The notes under the pieces are model-generated. The model did not search any database and was not told the DNA's origin. It worked only from the letters and a program-made list of their open reading frames with translations. This document shows positions 19,692 to 31,362 of a DNA stretch of 64,000 nucleotides, one piece after another; the first letter of the stretch is position 1; each line of letters opens with the position of its first letter. Position numbers and translations under genes: made by a program. Source of the stretch: Rebecca billardiae RCC1528 (taxonomy: Eukaryota; Protista; Haptophyta); NCBI GenBank assembly GCA_965240325.2, contig OZ251231.1, positions 1,116,001-1,180,000 of the forward strand, written 5' to 3'.

Positions 19692-22600
19692 CTACGGCTG
19701 CTTGGAGCGCGCCGGCTGCGCAGTGCGCCGGGGACGGCCCTGGGCGGCCGTTGGGCCGGCCGGCTGCTGATGGCCAGGCGCATGCGGCTGCGCGGCCAAA
19801 GTCGCCGCCTGCTCAGTCACCGCGGCGGCAGCTGTGGAGCGGCGCGTGCGCTTCGGCGGAGGCTGCTCGGCGCTCGACGCTGCGACGGCGGCATCGACGG
19901 CATCGGCCGCCATCGCACCGTCCGCGGCCCGCGTGCCGGCGTTCACGTCCTCACTGCCACTCGCGCCGCCGCCGCCGCCCTCCTCCTCACCCGTCGCCGC
20001 GCGGCCGCGCGTGCGCCGAGGTGGCGCGCGCCCGCCCGGGCTGCTGCTGCCACGAGGCGCGCGCGTGCGCGGTGGCGCGCGCCGAGGGCACGCCTCCGCC
20101 ACGCTGCCTGGCGGCACCGGCGCGCCTGGGCTGGGCGGCACACCGGGCGGGGCGATCGCACCGCCTGCGCCGCCGCCCGCCTGCACGGGGCCCTCGTCGC
20201 GCCCACGGCGCTCGGCGCCGCCCGCGCCCGCAGGGGCGTCATCCGCCGCGTCGGCGCAAAGGCAGCCTGGGGCGGCCGGCGTCGCGGGCGCGAGCACGGC
20301 GGCGGGGCTGTGCGCGCCCGCCGTCGGCGCGGGCTGGGGCGGCGTCGGCGGGCCGGCGGGCGGCGTGGCCAGTGCATCGGCCGCGCGCGCGGCGCGCGGC
20401 GTCGAGCCCTGCTCGGCCGCGTGCGCCGACGACGGCGCGTGCGGCGGCACGTGCTGAGCCGAGGGCGGCGCGGCGGAGGGCGGGGCGGCATGGTTGGCCG
20501 GCGCGGACGGCGGCGTGCGCGCCGACAGGATGACGGGCGGCTGGTGCGGAGGCGAGGCCGCGTGGCCCCACGCGCCGTCGGCCGCCCCGCCGCTCCACGC
20601 CGCCGCGCCGCTCGCCTCAGCCCCCCCGCACTCCGCCGCGCCGTCGTCCGCGGGCGACGGCGGCGCGTGCTGCGCGCACGGGCCAGCTCCGACGTGGCGC
20701 GGCGCCGCGCCCGCCGCCAGGTTCTCCTCGCCTCGGCCCGGCGACATCTGCGTGAACTGAAGCAGCGCGGGCGAGACGGGCGGCGGCGCGGCCGCGCCGC
20801 TGGGCTCGGGCGCGGCGCCGTGCGCCGGCGAGCGCGCCGGCAGTGCGCCCGCTGGCCTGGCGCTGACGCCGCCCAGCGCCGACCCTCCCGCCGCGGGCGC
20901 CGCGCCGCCGGCCGCGTCGGCGGCGGCGGCGCCCGGCGCTTGTGCCGGCGCGCCGATGGGCTGCACGGCGAGAGCCGAGGCGGGATCGGCGGGCACGACG
21001 ACGGGCCCGCTCGCGGGCGCGGGCAGCGCGGGCACGGGCGGAGCGGGCGCGGCGCCGCTCGGCGCCGCCGCGCTCCGCTCGCGCGCCGCGGCCTCTTGTG
21101 CGCGGCGCGCGCGCACGAACGCGCGCGCGCGCGCCGGGTGCGCTCGTGCCTCTTCGAGTGTCGCTTGGAAGGGGCTCGGCTCAGCAGGCATCAGCTTGAG
21201 CAGCCAGCTGCGCGCCGAGCGTCGGCATTCGCGGGGGAGGGCGCGTGTGCGCGGCGTGCTTGGCTCAGCCGCGCGCGGCGCGGGATGGCGCGCCGACCCG
21301 CCGGGCGGCGTGCCTGCACGGCACGGCACCGCCGCACGGCCGCACTGCGGCGCGCGGCGCGCGGCGGCGTGCGTCCGCGCGCGCACGCTGGCAAGTGCTG
21401 CCGCTCATGCGCGGAGGAGAAGCGATCGTCCAGCAGGTACACGCAGCCCCAGTCGTCGCGGTGGCGGATGCATCGACCCAACGCCTGGTTGAGCGCGCGG
21501 AACGCGAGCTGCCTGTACCACTGGTCTCCGGGGAGCAGGCCGAGCGCGCGCTGCGGCGGCGCGTCGTTGTACGCGCGCTTCGACTTGAGCTGCTCGTCCG
21601 CGGCGGAGGGGAACGGGAGGCCGACGCAGATGACGGCGCGCGCGTAGTCGTCGTTGAACGAGATTCCTTCGGAGAGCTTGCCGCGGTACACAGCGATGCA
21701 CAGCGCGCCGCCGCCGCCCTCCACCGCCGCGCGATACGCCGCAACCTCGTCCGACGCGCCGCCCGCCGCGCTTCCCTCGACGAGCACCAGAGACTTGAGG
21801 GCATTCAGCCTCGCCCTGCGCGCGCACGCGCGCGCGTGGCAGCCGCGCGGCAGCCGGCCGCGCGGCACGCGCGCGTGATGGCGCGTCGGGTCAACGCTCA
21901 CGGCGCGCGGCACGGCGCAGAGGGCCCGCGGCGTGCGGCGCGGGCGGGCGGGCAACCGGCCGGCAGCGCGCCGCCGGTGAGGGTGAGGGGTTAGGGTTAG
22001 GGTAGGGTAAGTGCGCGCGCACCAGACAGTGAGCCCGTCCCACCGCCGCCCGAGGCCACGCTCAAAGTGCTGCGCGTGCGCCTGCGGCTGCTGCCACAGC
22101 GCACACAGCCGGCGCGCGCTCGAGTAGGACGACACAAACAGCAGCGCGCCCGCGCCGCGCTCGCTCGCGCCGAGGAGCGCGCACACGCTCAGGCCGAGCT
22201 CGAGCGCCACCTCGGGCTTGCCCAGCTCGGCGGAGGTGCACGCGAGCGCGCGGCCGTGCACGCTGCGCGACACGACGCGCGCGCACAGCTGCTCGCACCC
22301 GACCGCGTGCTCCGCCGTGATTGGCCGGATCGTCGGGTGCATCCGCGCCTTGAAGCGCGAGCCCAGCTCGCTCGCCATCGCGCCGATCGGGACGAGCGTG
22401 CCCGACGCGAGCACGAGGCCGTGCGGCTCGGTCGACAGCGCGTCGAAGCTGAGCGCGGGGTCTAGGAGCCACAGGCACAGCTCAAACGCCCACGGGTGCG
22501 CGCTGCCGTCGCAGCGCCACGCGGGCGCGCACAGGTGGCGCGTGCCCGGCGGCGCGCGGCGCGGGAACCGCGCCTCTCCGTTGTGCCACGCCTGGATCGC

Positions 22601-23666
22601 GACAGCGAACGAGCTCGGGTGCGCGGCGGCGGTCGCGAGCACGCGCAGCACGCCGGAGAGGGCCTCGAGCGGCGCGGTGGACGCGACGCCGCGAGTGGAC
22701 TCTGGCTCGCCGAGCGCCTCCGCCGCCGCGTCCGCCGCGGCCTTGAGCTCAGCGGCGCCCTCCAGCGGCGCGCCCGGCGCGGCGCTCGCGCGCACGCGCC
22801 CGCCGAGCAGCTCGGCCAGCGCGTCCGCAGTGAGCGTCGACGGCCATTTCTTGACGAGGGTGCGCTCCTCCGCAGGCGCGCGGTAGCGCTGCCTACGCTC
22901 GAGCTCGCGCGCACCCTGCGAGCGCGGCGCGGCCGAGCCCTGCGAGCCGCCGCCAAAGTGTGGGTGCTGCGGCGGCGCCGCGCCGCCGCCATCCTCGCCC
23001 TCAAAGAGCGCGCGGCGGCGCACGAGCGCGTCGCCGAGCGCGCTCGCGAGCGGCAGCGCGAGCCTGCACGCGTGCAGCAGCGCGCGGCGCTCGGGGTCGA
23101 ATGAGCCCGAGAGCGCCTCGTGCGTGTCCCGCGCCCAGCCCACCGCGCCCTGCAGCCGAAAGAGGTCGAGCTCGGCGCTGCCGACCTCGCGGCACTCCGA
23201 CTCGATGTTGTGCGCTTCGTCGATGATCACCGCCGCGCCCTTCAGCTCGATGCGCATCGCGCTCCTGCGGGCGCCGCCGCGGGCGCGCGCGCGCGGGCGG
23301 GGGCGCGCGCCGAGGGCGGTGTCATGAGCACCACAGCCGGTGGCGAGCCGCTCGGGCGCACCGGCCGCGCGTAGCTCGCGCGGCTCACACGCCGCGCGGC
23401 ACATCACACGCCCTCGCCCTCTCGCCCGTTCGCCCTTTCGCTCGCGTGCGTGCGTGCGCGCGCGCGCGCGTGCGTGCGCTCACCGGATGCCTGGGTCGAT
23501 CAGGTACTTGTAGGGGCAGAAGACGAGGTCTGCGCTCGCGCCGAGGGCGATGCTGGAGTAGTATGGGCAACCGCCCGGCCCGCGCTCCTCGCCGTCGCGC
23601 GCGGGCGGCCGCACCGCCTCGGCCAGGTCCTCGATGTCGAAGACACCAGAGGGCCGCGCGCTCGCT

Positions 23667-23701
<35 letters not shown>

Positions 23702-24478
23702 CTGTGGGTCGGAGCCGCCGCCGCCGTCGGCGCCGCCGCCACCGGTGCGACCGGCCGCCCACGGGCGCGCGCGCCGCGCGAGCGCGTCTGCGTACGCGCT
23801 CGTCGACATGGCGCGGTAGTGCGGGCACGCCCACGCCTCCTCGTCGCCCGAGTCCTCGTCCTCCCAGCCGGCCGCGAGCGGGTCGCGAGGCGGCGGCCGG
23901 CCGCGGCGGCCGCCGCGCTCGCCCGCGCCCGCGCGCTGGATGCCAAGCGCGTCACGCCGCGCCTTGTCAATCGCGCGCACGGCCTCGAGGCAGCGCTGGT
24001 TGAGCCCGCCCCGCCCGCCCCGCCCGCCGCCGCCGCCCTCGCCGCCCACCGAGCCCTCCGCGCCGCCGCCGCCGCCGCCCGCGCCCCCGAGCCCGACCTC
24101 CCGATTCACACACTGCCGTTCTCGAGACGCGAGGAAGGACATGACTGGCCGGTACGGGGTGCGCTCGAGCTCGCGAATGACCGAGCGGATCTGCGAGTGC
24201 GTGCGGATGCCGTAGTAGATCCTCGGCGCGGTGCCCTCGCGCTGCAGCACCCCGCGCTGCCACGCGAGTGCCGCGCACAGCAGCGCCACCGTCTTGCCCG
24301 TCCCTGTGGGCGAGTCTAGAAGCGTGACCTGTCCTGCACTGAACGTCCGTAGCACCGCCACCATCACCTTCACCTGGGCCGGCAGCGGCTGCGCGAAGGG
24401 GAAGCGCACGGTGTGCCCGAGCATCGTGCGCACGCATGCCGTGCGCGACTCGTCCAGCGGGTACGGCGCGCGCACGAG

Positions 24479-24531
<53 letters not shown>

Positions 24532-25279
24532 AGCAGCCGCTGCCGCCGCCGCACCCACCACCGCCGCCGCAGCCGCCATCGGCGGCGGCGCCGCCGGGCG
24601 CGCCACCCGTGATGGAGAGCATGGGCACGAGCGCCGTGCCGCCGCCACCGCACGCCGCTCCGCTCGCGGGGCCCACCGCGAGCGCGCCCGCGCGCATGTC
24701 GAAGCTGCGAAGGTTCTCTGCGAGCAGCTGTACGACTGTCTCCGGCGGTCCCTCGCCGCCGCCGAGCGCGCGCGGCAGGCGCGGCGGCGCGGGCTCGTGC
24801 GGTGGGGGCAGGCCGAGCGCGGCGGCGGCAGCGCGCGCGGCGGCCTGCGCGAGCGCCGCCGTCGTACACGCCGGGACGGGCGGCAGCTGCGGCGGCAGCA
24901 GCGCCGCGCGACCCGACTGGGCGGAGGGCTCGGGCTTCACGATCGCCTTGGGAGAGGGGCAGGGGGCGTGGCGAGGCGGCGCGGGCATGGGCGAGGCGGC
25001 GGCACCGTCGTCGTCATCCAGCGCGATCACGTCGCCGCGCGCCTCCGCCTCCGCTCGCCGGCGCTGCAGCACCTCCTCGAGGCTGAGCTCGGCGGTGAAC
25101 TCGACATCGTCCTCGTCGGCGCGCGGCGCGCCGTCCGGCTTCGCGCCGGCTGGGAGCTGCGGGGCCGGCGCGGAGTGGGCGGTGGAAGGAGCGGGGGCGA
25201 GCATCGCGCTGGGCTGCTGCGCGGGCAGCGCGGGCTCTCGCTCCGCGCTCAGGTCGACCACGACCACCGCGTCGCTCAT
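19692..25279 (-). CDS. FANCJ: Fe-S cluster XPD-family DNA helicase, FANCJ/BRIP1-like; exons 25279-23484, 23264-22023, 21815-21387, 21207-19692
   Basis: Motifs FPF, SPTGTGKT, RTHSQI, four Fe-S Cys (QCVN, RCLE, ACPHY, GCPYY), DEAH, SGTL, RGKLSEG and RALNQALGRCIRHRDDWG (FANCJ-type rather than RTEL1). Three GT..AG introns give a continuous 4983-nt frame. Confidence 0.88.
21976..22010 (+). repeat. Degenerate telomere-like (TTAGGG) tract, potential G-quadruplex, inside a FANCJ intron
   Basis: ggtgagggtgaggggttagggttagggtagggtaa contains five G3+ runs. Confidence 0.75.
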
Positions 25280-25577
25280 GCTCGTGCGGCGGGCGGCGTG
25301 AAGGGGAGGGTGCCAACGGAAGAAGGAGAGCCCTCGCTCGCCGCAGTCGTTCGTCGTCCCCCGTGCGAAAAACTCGTCAAATCCGGAGCTGGGAGTCGTT
25401 CGTCAGTCGGAGACGCGTGAGTCCGGGAACGGTGGCTTTTGGACGCGCGAAGAGAGGAGGCACAGAAGGTTGCGGAAGCAAGGGGTCTTGTGGATTTTTA
25501 AAGTCTCCTTGGCGGAAGGAGCGGCGGCGGCGGCCCGGCGGCAGATTATTTTGAGAGTGGGAGTTCAAGATTACACG

Positions 25578-27828
25578 ATGGCGTCTCGATTCCATGAATT
25601 GGACTCCCACCCGCTCGCTCGGATGGCGAAGGAGTCGGCGGAGCGCACGGCCGAGAGCGCGCTGGCGGCGGCCGCGGGCGCTGCCGCGCGCGCACGCGCC
25701 GCGATGTTCACCTCGTACGGCCTCGCGATCGACAGCGCTCGCTCGCCCGTGTGGGTGTGGGCGCTGTGGCGGCCGTGCCTCGTCGCGTGCATCTTCCTCG
25801 CGATCCTGAGCCGCTTCCTCGACCGCTTCTCGACGGCGCCGCCGGCCCCGTGGCTGAGCAGCCCGCTCGTCTTCACGCTGCTCTACTGCACGATGCTCGC
25901 ACGCTCCGCCCCCGCCCCCGCCGACGCGCGGCGGCGGCTCGAGCCGTCGAGGCTCGCGGCGGTCGAGCGGTGGCACTACGCGCTCAACCTGCACCAGCTG
26001 CTGCTCAACGGCTGGGTGTGCGTCGCGCTGCCGCTCGAGGTGCGCGCCCTCGGCATGAGGGCGTGGGGCAACCGGATGGACCGCTCGCCGCGCGCGTACC
26101 GCCTCGCGTGGCTGATCTGGGTCGTGTACTCGAACCGGTACGCGCAAGGTCTGGACACCGCCTTCTTGCTGCTGCGCGACAAGTACGTGTCGGTGCTGCA
26201 CGTGTTCCAGCAGCTCGCGCTCACGTGGTCGTGGTTCCTCGTCTGCCGCGTCGCGTGCGGCGGCGACGCCTACTTCGCCGCGCTCATGCAGGCCGCGTAC
26301 AACGTGCTCACATACGGGTATTTTGTGATTAAGCGCAACAAGACGCCGACGCTGCGCGCGCAGCGCCGGATCACGCACGCGCTGATGCTCGTGCTCAGCG
26401 TGTCGGTGCGCGCGCAGCGGCGGCCGCGCGCACGGGGCGCGCCCTCCTCCCCGTCGCCCCGCGCCGCTCACGCCCTCCCCTCGCCCTCCCGTCGCCCGCG
26501 CGCGCCGGCCGGCGCGCAGGCGGCGCACACTCTGTTTGTTTTGGCGCACGGCAACATGCCGCGCGTGCTCGCGGTCGTCGACCTGCTGGTGATGGGCAGC
26601 ATGCTGCTGCTCTTCGGCAACTTCCGGTACCACAAGTACCTCAAGCCGTTCGACACCGTGCTCGCCGGCGAGCGCGCCGCGCTGCTGCAGCGCCAGACCA
26701 GCCGCGAAGCCGCCAGCGGCTCGCCGGCACCGCCGCCGCTCGCGCCGCGCTCAAAGACGGACCTGGGGCCGGCCGCGAGCCGCGGCGACGGCCCGAAGCT
26801 CGTCGTCTCCTTCGACTCGTCGGGCTGGCTGTACCTGTACCACTTTGGCGTGTGCCGCTTCCTGCAGCAGCACGTGCTGCCGCACATGCCCGAGGACCGC
26901 TGCGTCTTCTCCGGCTCGTCGGGCGGCGCGCTCGCTGCGACCGCGCTCGCGTGTGGCGTGCCGATCGACGATCTCGTCGACGAGATCCTGGCCGTCTGCT
27001 GGCCGTGGTGCCGCCGCTCGCCGTTCGCGATGTGCCCCGCGGTGGAGTACGCGCTGAACAAGTTCCTCGCGGACGACGGGGGTGCGCGCGCGCGCGCGGC
27101 CGCCGCCCCGCTCGTCCGCGCGCGCGCGCGCTCACGGGTCCCAGCCGCCGGCGCGCGCCGCGCCACCGCCTGCCCTTGCCGCCGCCGCGCGCGCAGATCG
27201 CTCGGACGCGTGGCAGCAGTGCTCGGGGCGGCTGCGGCTGCTCGTCACGCGCGTGCAGCTACACCCGCCGTGGTTCCTCGGCGACGTCGTCTCCAACTTC
27301 ACCTCGCAGCGCCTGCTGCGCTCGTACCTGCGCGCGTCGTGCCACATGCCGCTGTTTGGCGGCGTGACGCCCTACCCAGTGGACGGCCGCAGCTACTTCG
27401 ACGGGCTGTTCTGGGCGTCGTTCCTCGTGCCCTGGCGCCGCCCCACGAGGCGCGACCACGTGCTGAAGGTGTCGGCGATCGGCGCTCCGACCGCGCACCT
27501 GCGGCCGCCGCCCGTGCCCCCCTGGTGGACGGTGATGCCCCCGGCGACGGACGTGCTGCGCGCGCTGTACGCGCGAGGGTACCAGGACACGCTGGCGGCG
27601 TTTCGTGACACGGCGGACGGCGGGAAGGGCTGGGCGGCGCGACTCGAGCTCGCGCCCGAGGTCCGCGAGGCCATCCGCGCGCTGCCCAAGACGGCCGATC
27701 ACGAGCGCGCGGAGACGGCGCGCGTGATCGGCGCGGGCGCCGCACTCGCGTGGCAGCAGGTGCTCGCCGCCGGCGCCGCGATGGCCCTGAGCGCCGCGTT
27801 CTTGCACTTCTTCAAGAGCTCGTGGTGA
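25578..27828 (+). CDS. Fusion of a degenerate ELO/GNS1 fatty-acid elongase domain with a patatin-like (PNPLA) lipase; exons 25578-26405, 26520-27081, 27197-27828
   Basis: ELO-like NRYAQGLDTAFLLLR..VSVLHVFQQ..GGDAYF..NVLTYGY. Patatin-like SFDSSGWLYLYHFGV, GSSGG, RASCHMP, YFDG. The ELO C-terminus and patatin N-terminus lie in the same exon. Spliced product is 673 aa. Confidence 0.8.
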
Positions 27829-28757
27829 CGGTGAGCGGAGCGGCAAGCCGCCTGCCCTAGTGGTGGCTTTAGGTGTGCTACTGATGACGGCCGCATCAAG
27901 CGGCCGGCCCGGCCGGCGCTCCATCGTGACTATCGAGGTAGGGGTCCGGACGGGTGCTCGTGTGGACTGTGGAATTGTCTACTGGTTATCTTCATGATCC
28001 GGGTCTTTACCCGTTTTGAATAGCTTCAGTAACTGTATACCGGTCCAGGGCTGTGCTCGTCAATACGCGGAGCCACCAAGGCCTACTTGGCTGGACCCAG
28101 CGTCATCAACCAGATACCCGCTGGCGCCACACCTTATCAAACTTCCAGATTTCGTATGTGCGCCGTTGAGTTCTGGTTGAGTTTCATACCGCTTAACGAG
28201 CCAATGAGTACATCTTGGCCGAGGGAGACAGCGAGATGCGGGGGCAGGGTCAGCCCGTTAACGCCTGGCCAAGGTCGCCGCTCTCATATTCGAAACCGGC
28301 CCGGCGAGCGCCTTTTTTGGGGGGGCGGGCGTCTTCCGCTTCGCGCTATCTATCCCGGACTGCGGCGCCTGCACCTCGACCGGCTTTTGGCACGGAGCCG
28401 ACCCGTGTGCGCCTGCGGGGGAAGGCCGCGCAAGTTTCTCCGAGCTTCTCCTTTAGTCAAAAGGGCGCGCGTTTCGTCGGCTTCGTAATTTTGGGTCAGA
28501 CTTGCGAGGCCGACGACGGCAAGGGGACGTCACATACTTACTACTGGGGAGGCCGCCTGCCCAATCCCAAGGCACGCCGCCGTCCCGGCGGCCGGGCGCG
28601 GCGGTGCGAGGCGTGCGACGCCTCGGCGCCTCGGGACGCAGAACTGACCGCGCCGCCGCCTCCGTGTGCGCCGGCGACCCCGCGCGCGCAGCGCCCACAC
28701 CCGCCCAGGCGGACGCGTGCGCGCACACGGACGTCTCTCGAGCGCGTGGCCGGCAGG

Positions 28758-29948
28758 ATGGGGGACGCGCCGCGAACCGACGAGCAGCTGCGGATCGGGC
28801 TGCCGCCCGTGAACAAAAGCTCGCCGCTGGTCGCAGCGGGAGCCAGCGCCGCGGCGGGTGCCGCGCCCGCCGCCGGGGGCCCGAACGACGTGGCGGCTTC
28901 GTTCAAATTCGGCCCGATGGCGCGCGCGCTGCGCGACGACGACCGCGAGGGGATGCGCAAGATCTCGTCTGCGCCGCACTCGATTAACAAGCTGGGAGGC
29001 TCTGGCGCGGCGTCGCCGATCATGAAGTCCTCCCGGCTTGGCGGCGGCCTCGGCGGATCGCACATCCGCCGCGTCTCGACCGCGATGGCCCCGCTCTCGA
29101 TGCGGCGCCCCAACTCGTTCATGTGGACGATGGACGTGCACCGCGACTTTGAGGCCGCGGTGCAGTCGCTGCTCGCCAAGGTGCGCTCGCGCGGCGTGCG
29201 GGCGCGCGCGGAGGGCGGGGGCGGCGTGCCGGGCAGGACGGGACGGACGCCACGCCCGGAGCGCGCGCCGCGCTCCCCTCCGCCCGCGCCCACACGCACC
29301 TGCGACCGCGCCGCGACCCTGACCCGCCCGCCCGCCCGCCTGTCCGCTCGCCCGCCCGCCCGCCCGCCGCAGGGCCGCGACTTGGCTTCGATCGATGCGT
29401 CGGAAGTGCTCGGCCTGATGAAATACCAGGGTGCGGAGGGCCTGTCTGAGACCAGCATCGAGCGGCACCTGCAGGTGCGCCCGCGCGCCCGGCCCAGCGC
29501 GCTCGCGCTCCGCCGCGCGCACACGCTGGGCGCGAGCGCTGACGCCCCCTTGGTCGACCGCGGTCGCGCGCCGCGTGCCCGCTCCGCCGCCGTCGCCCGC
29601 GAGCAGAAGAGGCAGGCGCTGCAGCACAAGCTGAGCGCGATGCTGCCTGAGCTCAAGCCTGTGGGCGGCGGGGACCTTCAGGCCCCGGCTGCGAACCCGC
29701 GCATGGCCGCCCTTCGGCCAGCGGCCGAGGCCGCGCCGGCGCCACCGCCGGCCGTGCCATCGTCGTCGACGGGCCCGGCAGCAGCGTCAACGTCGACGGC
29801 GGCCGCAGCGGCGGCGGAATCGCTCAACGTCTCGTCGTCGCTGAGCGAGGCTATGCAGCGGCAGCAGGCGATGCAGCGGCAGATGATGGACCAGCAACGG
29901 AGCATGCAGCTCCACGCGCTCGAGGCGGGCGTCGCCACGTCCACCTGA
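28758..29948 (+). CDS. GARP (SHAQKYF-class Myb-like) DNA-binding protein; exons 28758-29180, 29373-29474, 29607-29948
   Basis: Spliced domain FMWTMDVHRDFEAAVQSL..ASEVLGLMK..EGLSETSIERHLQ|KR matches the GARP consensus WTxELHxxFxxAVxxL..GLT..VxSHLQKYR. The C-terminus is Gln/Met-rich. The start is uncertain. Confidence 0.7.
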   Translation: MGDAPRTDEQLRIGLPPVNKSSPLVAAGASAAAGAAPAAGGPNDVAASFKFGPMARALRDDDREGMRKISSAPHSINKLGGSGAASPIMKSSRLGGGLGGSHIRRVSTAMAPLSMRRPNSFMWTMDVHRDFEAAVQSLLAKVRSRGVRARAEGGGGVPGRTGRTPRPERAPRSPPPAPTRTCDRAATLTRPPARLSARPPARPPQGRDLASIDASEVLGLMKYQGAEGLSETSIERHLQVRPRARPSALALRRAHTLGASADAPLVDRGRAPRARSAAVAREQKRQALQHKLSAMLPELKPVGGGDLQAPAANPRMAALRPAAEAAPAPPPAVPSSSTGPAAASTSTAAAAAAESLNVSSSLSEAMQRQQAMQRQMMDQQRSMQLHALEAGVATST

Positions 29949-30652
29949 GCGCAGCGAGCGGCTAGCGCGATGCCAGTTGTCCGCTCCGCTCCGTCCATGG
30001 CCAGCCTAGCCGCCGAGGCGCGCTGTGGCGCGCTCGACCGCGCGCCCCTCCGCGAGGCCTCTCGCCTCGCTCGATTCCGCATGTGTCCACGCTGTCCTGC
30101 GCATCTGCCGCCTGCACGTCGCATGACCTGCGAGCTGCGAGGCGGAGAGCGAGCGCGCCCGCCGCGCGATTGCTGCCCGACCTTCCTCGATCAGTCGACG
30201 CGGCGAGACTCGTCACGCGGCGTGGCCCGGCGAGCAGCCGAGCAGCGCCAGCCACTCAACGATCGTCCGCCTCTGCTCGCCGCAGCGCCTCAGCGTCGCT
30301 GCTGCTACTGCCTTCAGAATCTTCCCTCTTCCTCCCGTGCTGCCCGCCAGGCTCAATCCTCGGCGGCGCACTTAAGTCAGACAGCCTTTCTCGTCGGTTG
30401 CCGTGCGTAGTACAGCGCGATATCAAGTCGATTGTCGATGACGTAACGATGAGACCGCCCAAATCAATCAATCACACTGAAGGCTGCTGCTGGTCATTTT
30501 GAAAACGGATGGACAACATACGGCGACGATGATCGACGCTCATCATTTTGACGACGACGTCTGACCAGCCCAACCAGCCAAACCACAGCCCCACACCGAC
30601 AGGCCGGTGCAACGGCGACGAGAGCCTTGCCGGCGACGCGTCGACGCGCGTC

Positions 30653-31331
30653 ATGCCGGCGGCGGGCTCGTCGATCACGATCATCGAGGCCAAGTTCCTC
30701 GAGCTCGAGGAGGAAGAGACACGCATTCGCGCGCGCTACGGCCGCGACCTGCCCCTTCGCCGCCGCAACAGCGGCGCGCAAACGGCGCGCGAGTGGCGGG
30801 AGAAGTCGACGCGCGATGGCGTCGGCAGGCCTTCGAGCGCGGGCCGTCGCCGGGCCCAGGGCGCGGGCGACGCGACGTCTTCCGGGCTGTACACGCCGAG
30901 CAAGGAGGAGGTTGCCGCCATCCTCGCAGTCGCTGACCTCGAGGCGCGCGAGCGCCTGCGCCGGCAGGCTGAGCTGGAGCGCCAGGCGAAGCGATCGACG
31001 CTCCTCGACGACGCTCGCGACGCGCTGGCCACGCTGCAGACGGAGCGCGGCTCGCGCCGGGCTTCGCTGCGTGCGTCGCGCCGTGCGTCCATGCGTGACT
31101 CTGCGCCCGCTCCCGGCCCACCGGGCGACACGTCCTGCATGAGGGCGGCGCCTGCGGCAGCGCCTGACGCCGCAGCGGCCGCGCCCGTGGACGAATCGGC
31201 GAGCGCTCACGGGCTGCCTGACCGACCGCAGTTGGCGGTGGAGCCGACGGAACCCGCTCTCTTCGTGCGCAACTTCATGCTCTTCGAGCCGCTGCACGAT
31301 CCGGCCACGCAATCGGCAGCCACGACAGCGG

Positions 31332-31362
<31 letters not shown>

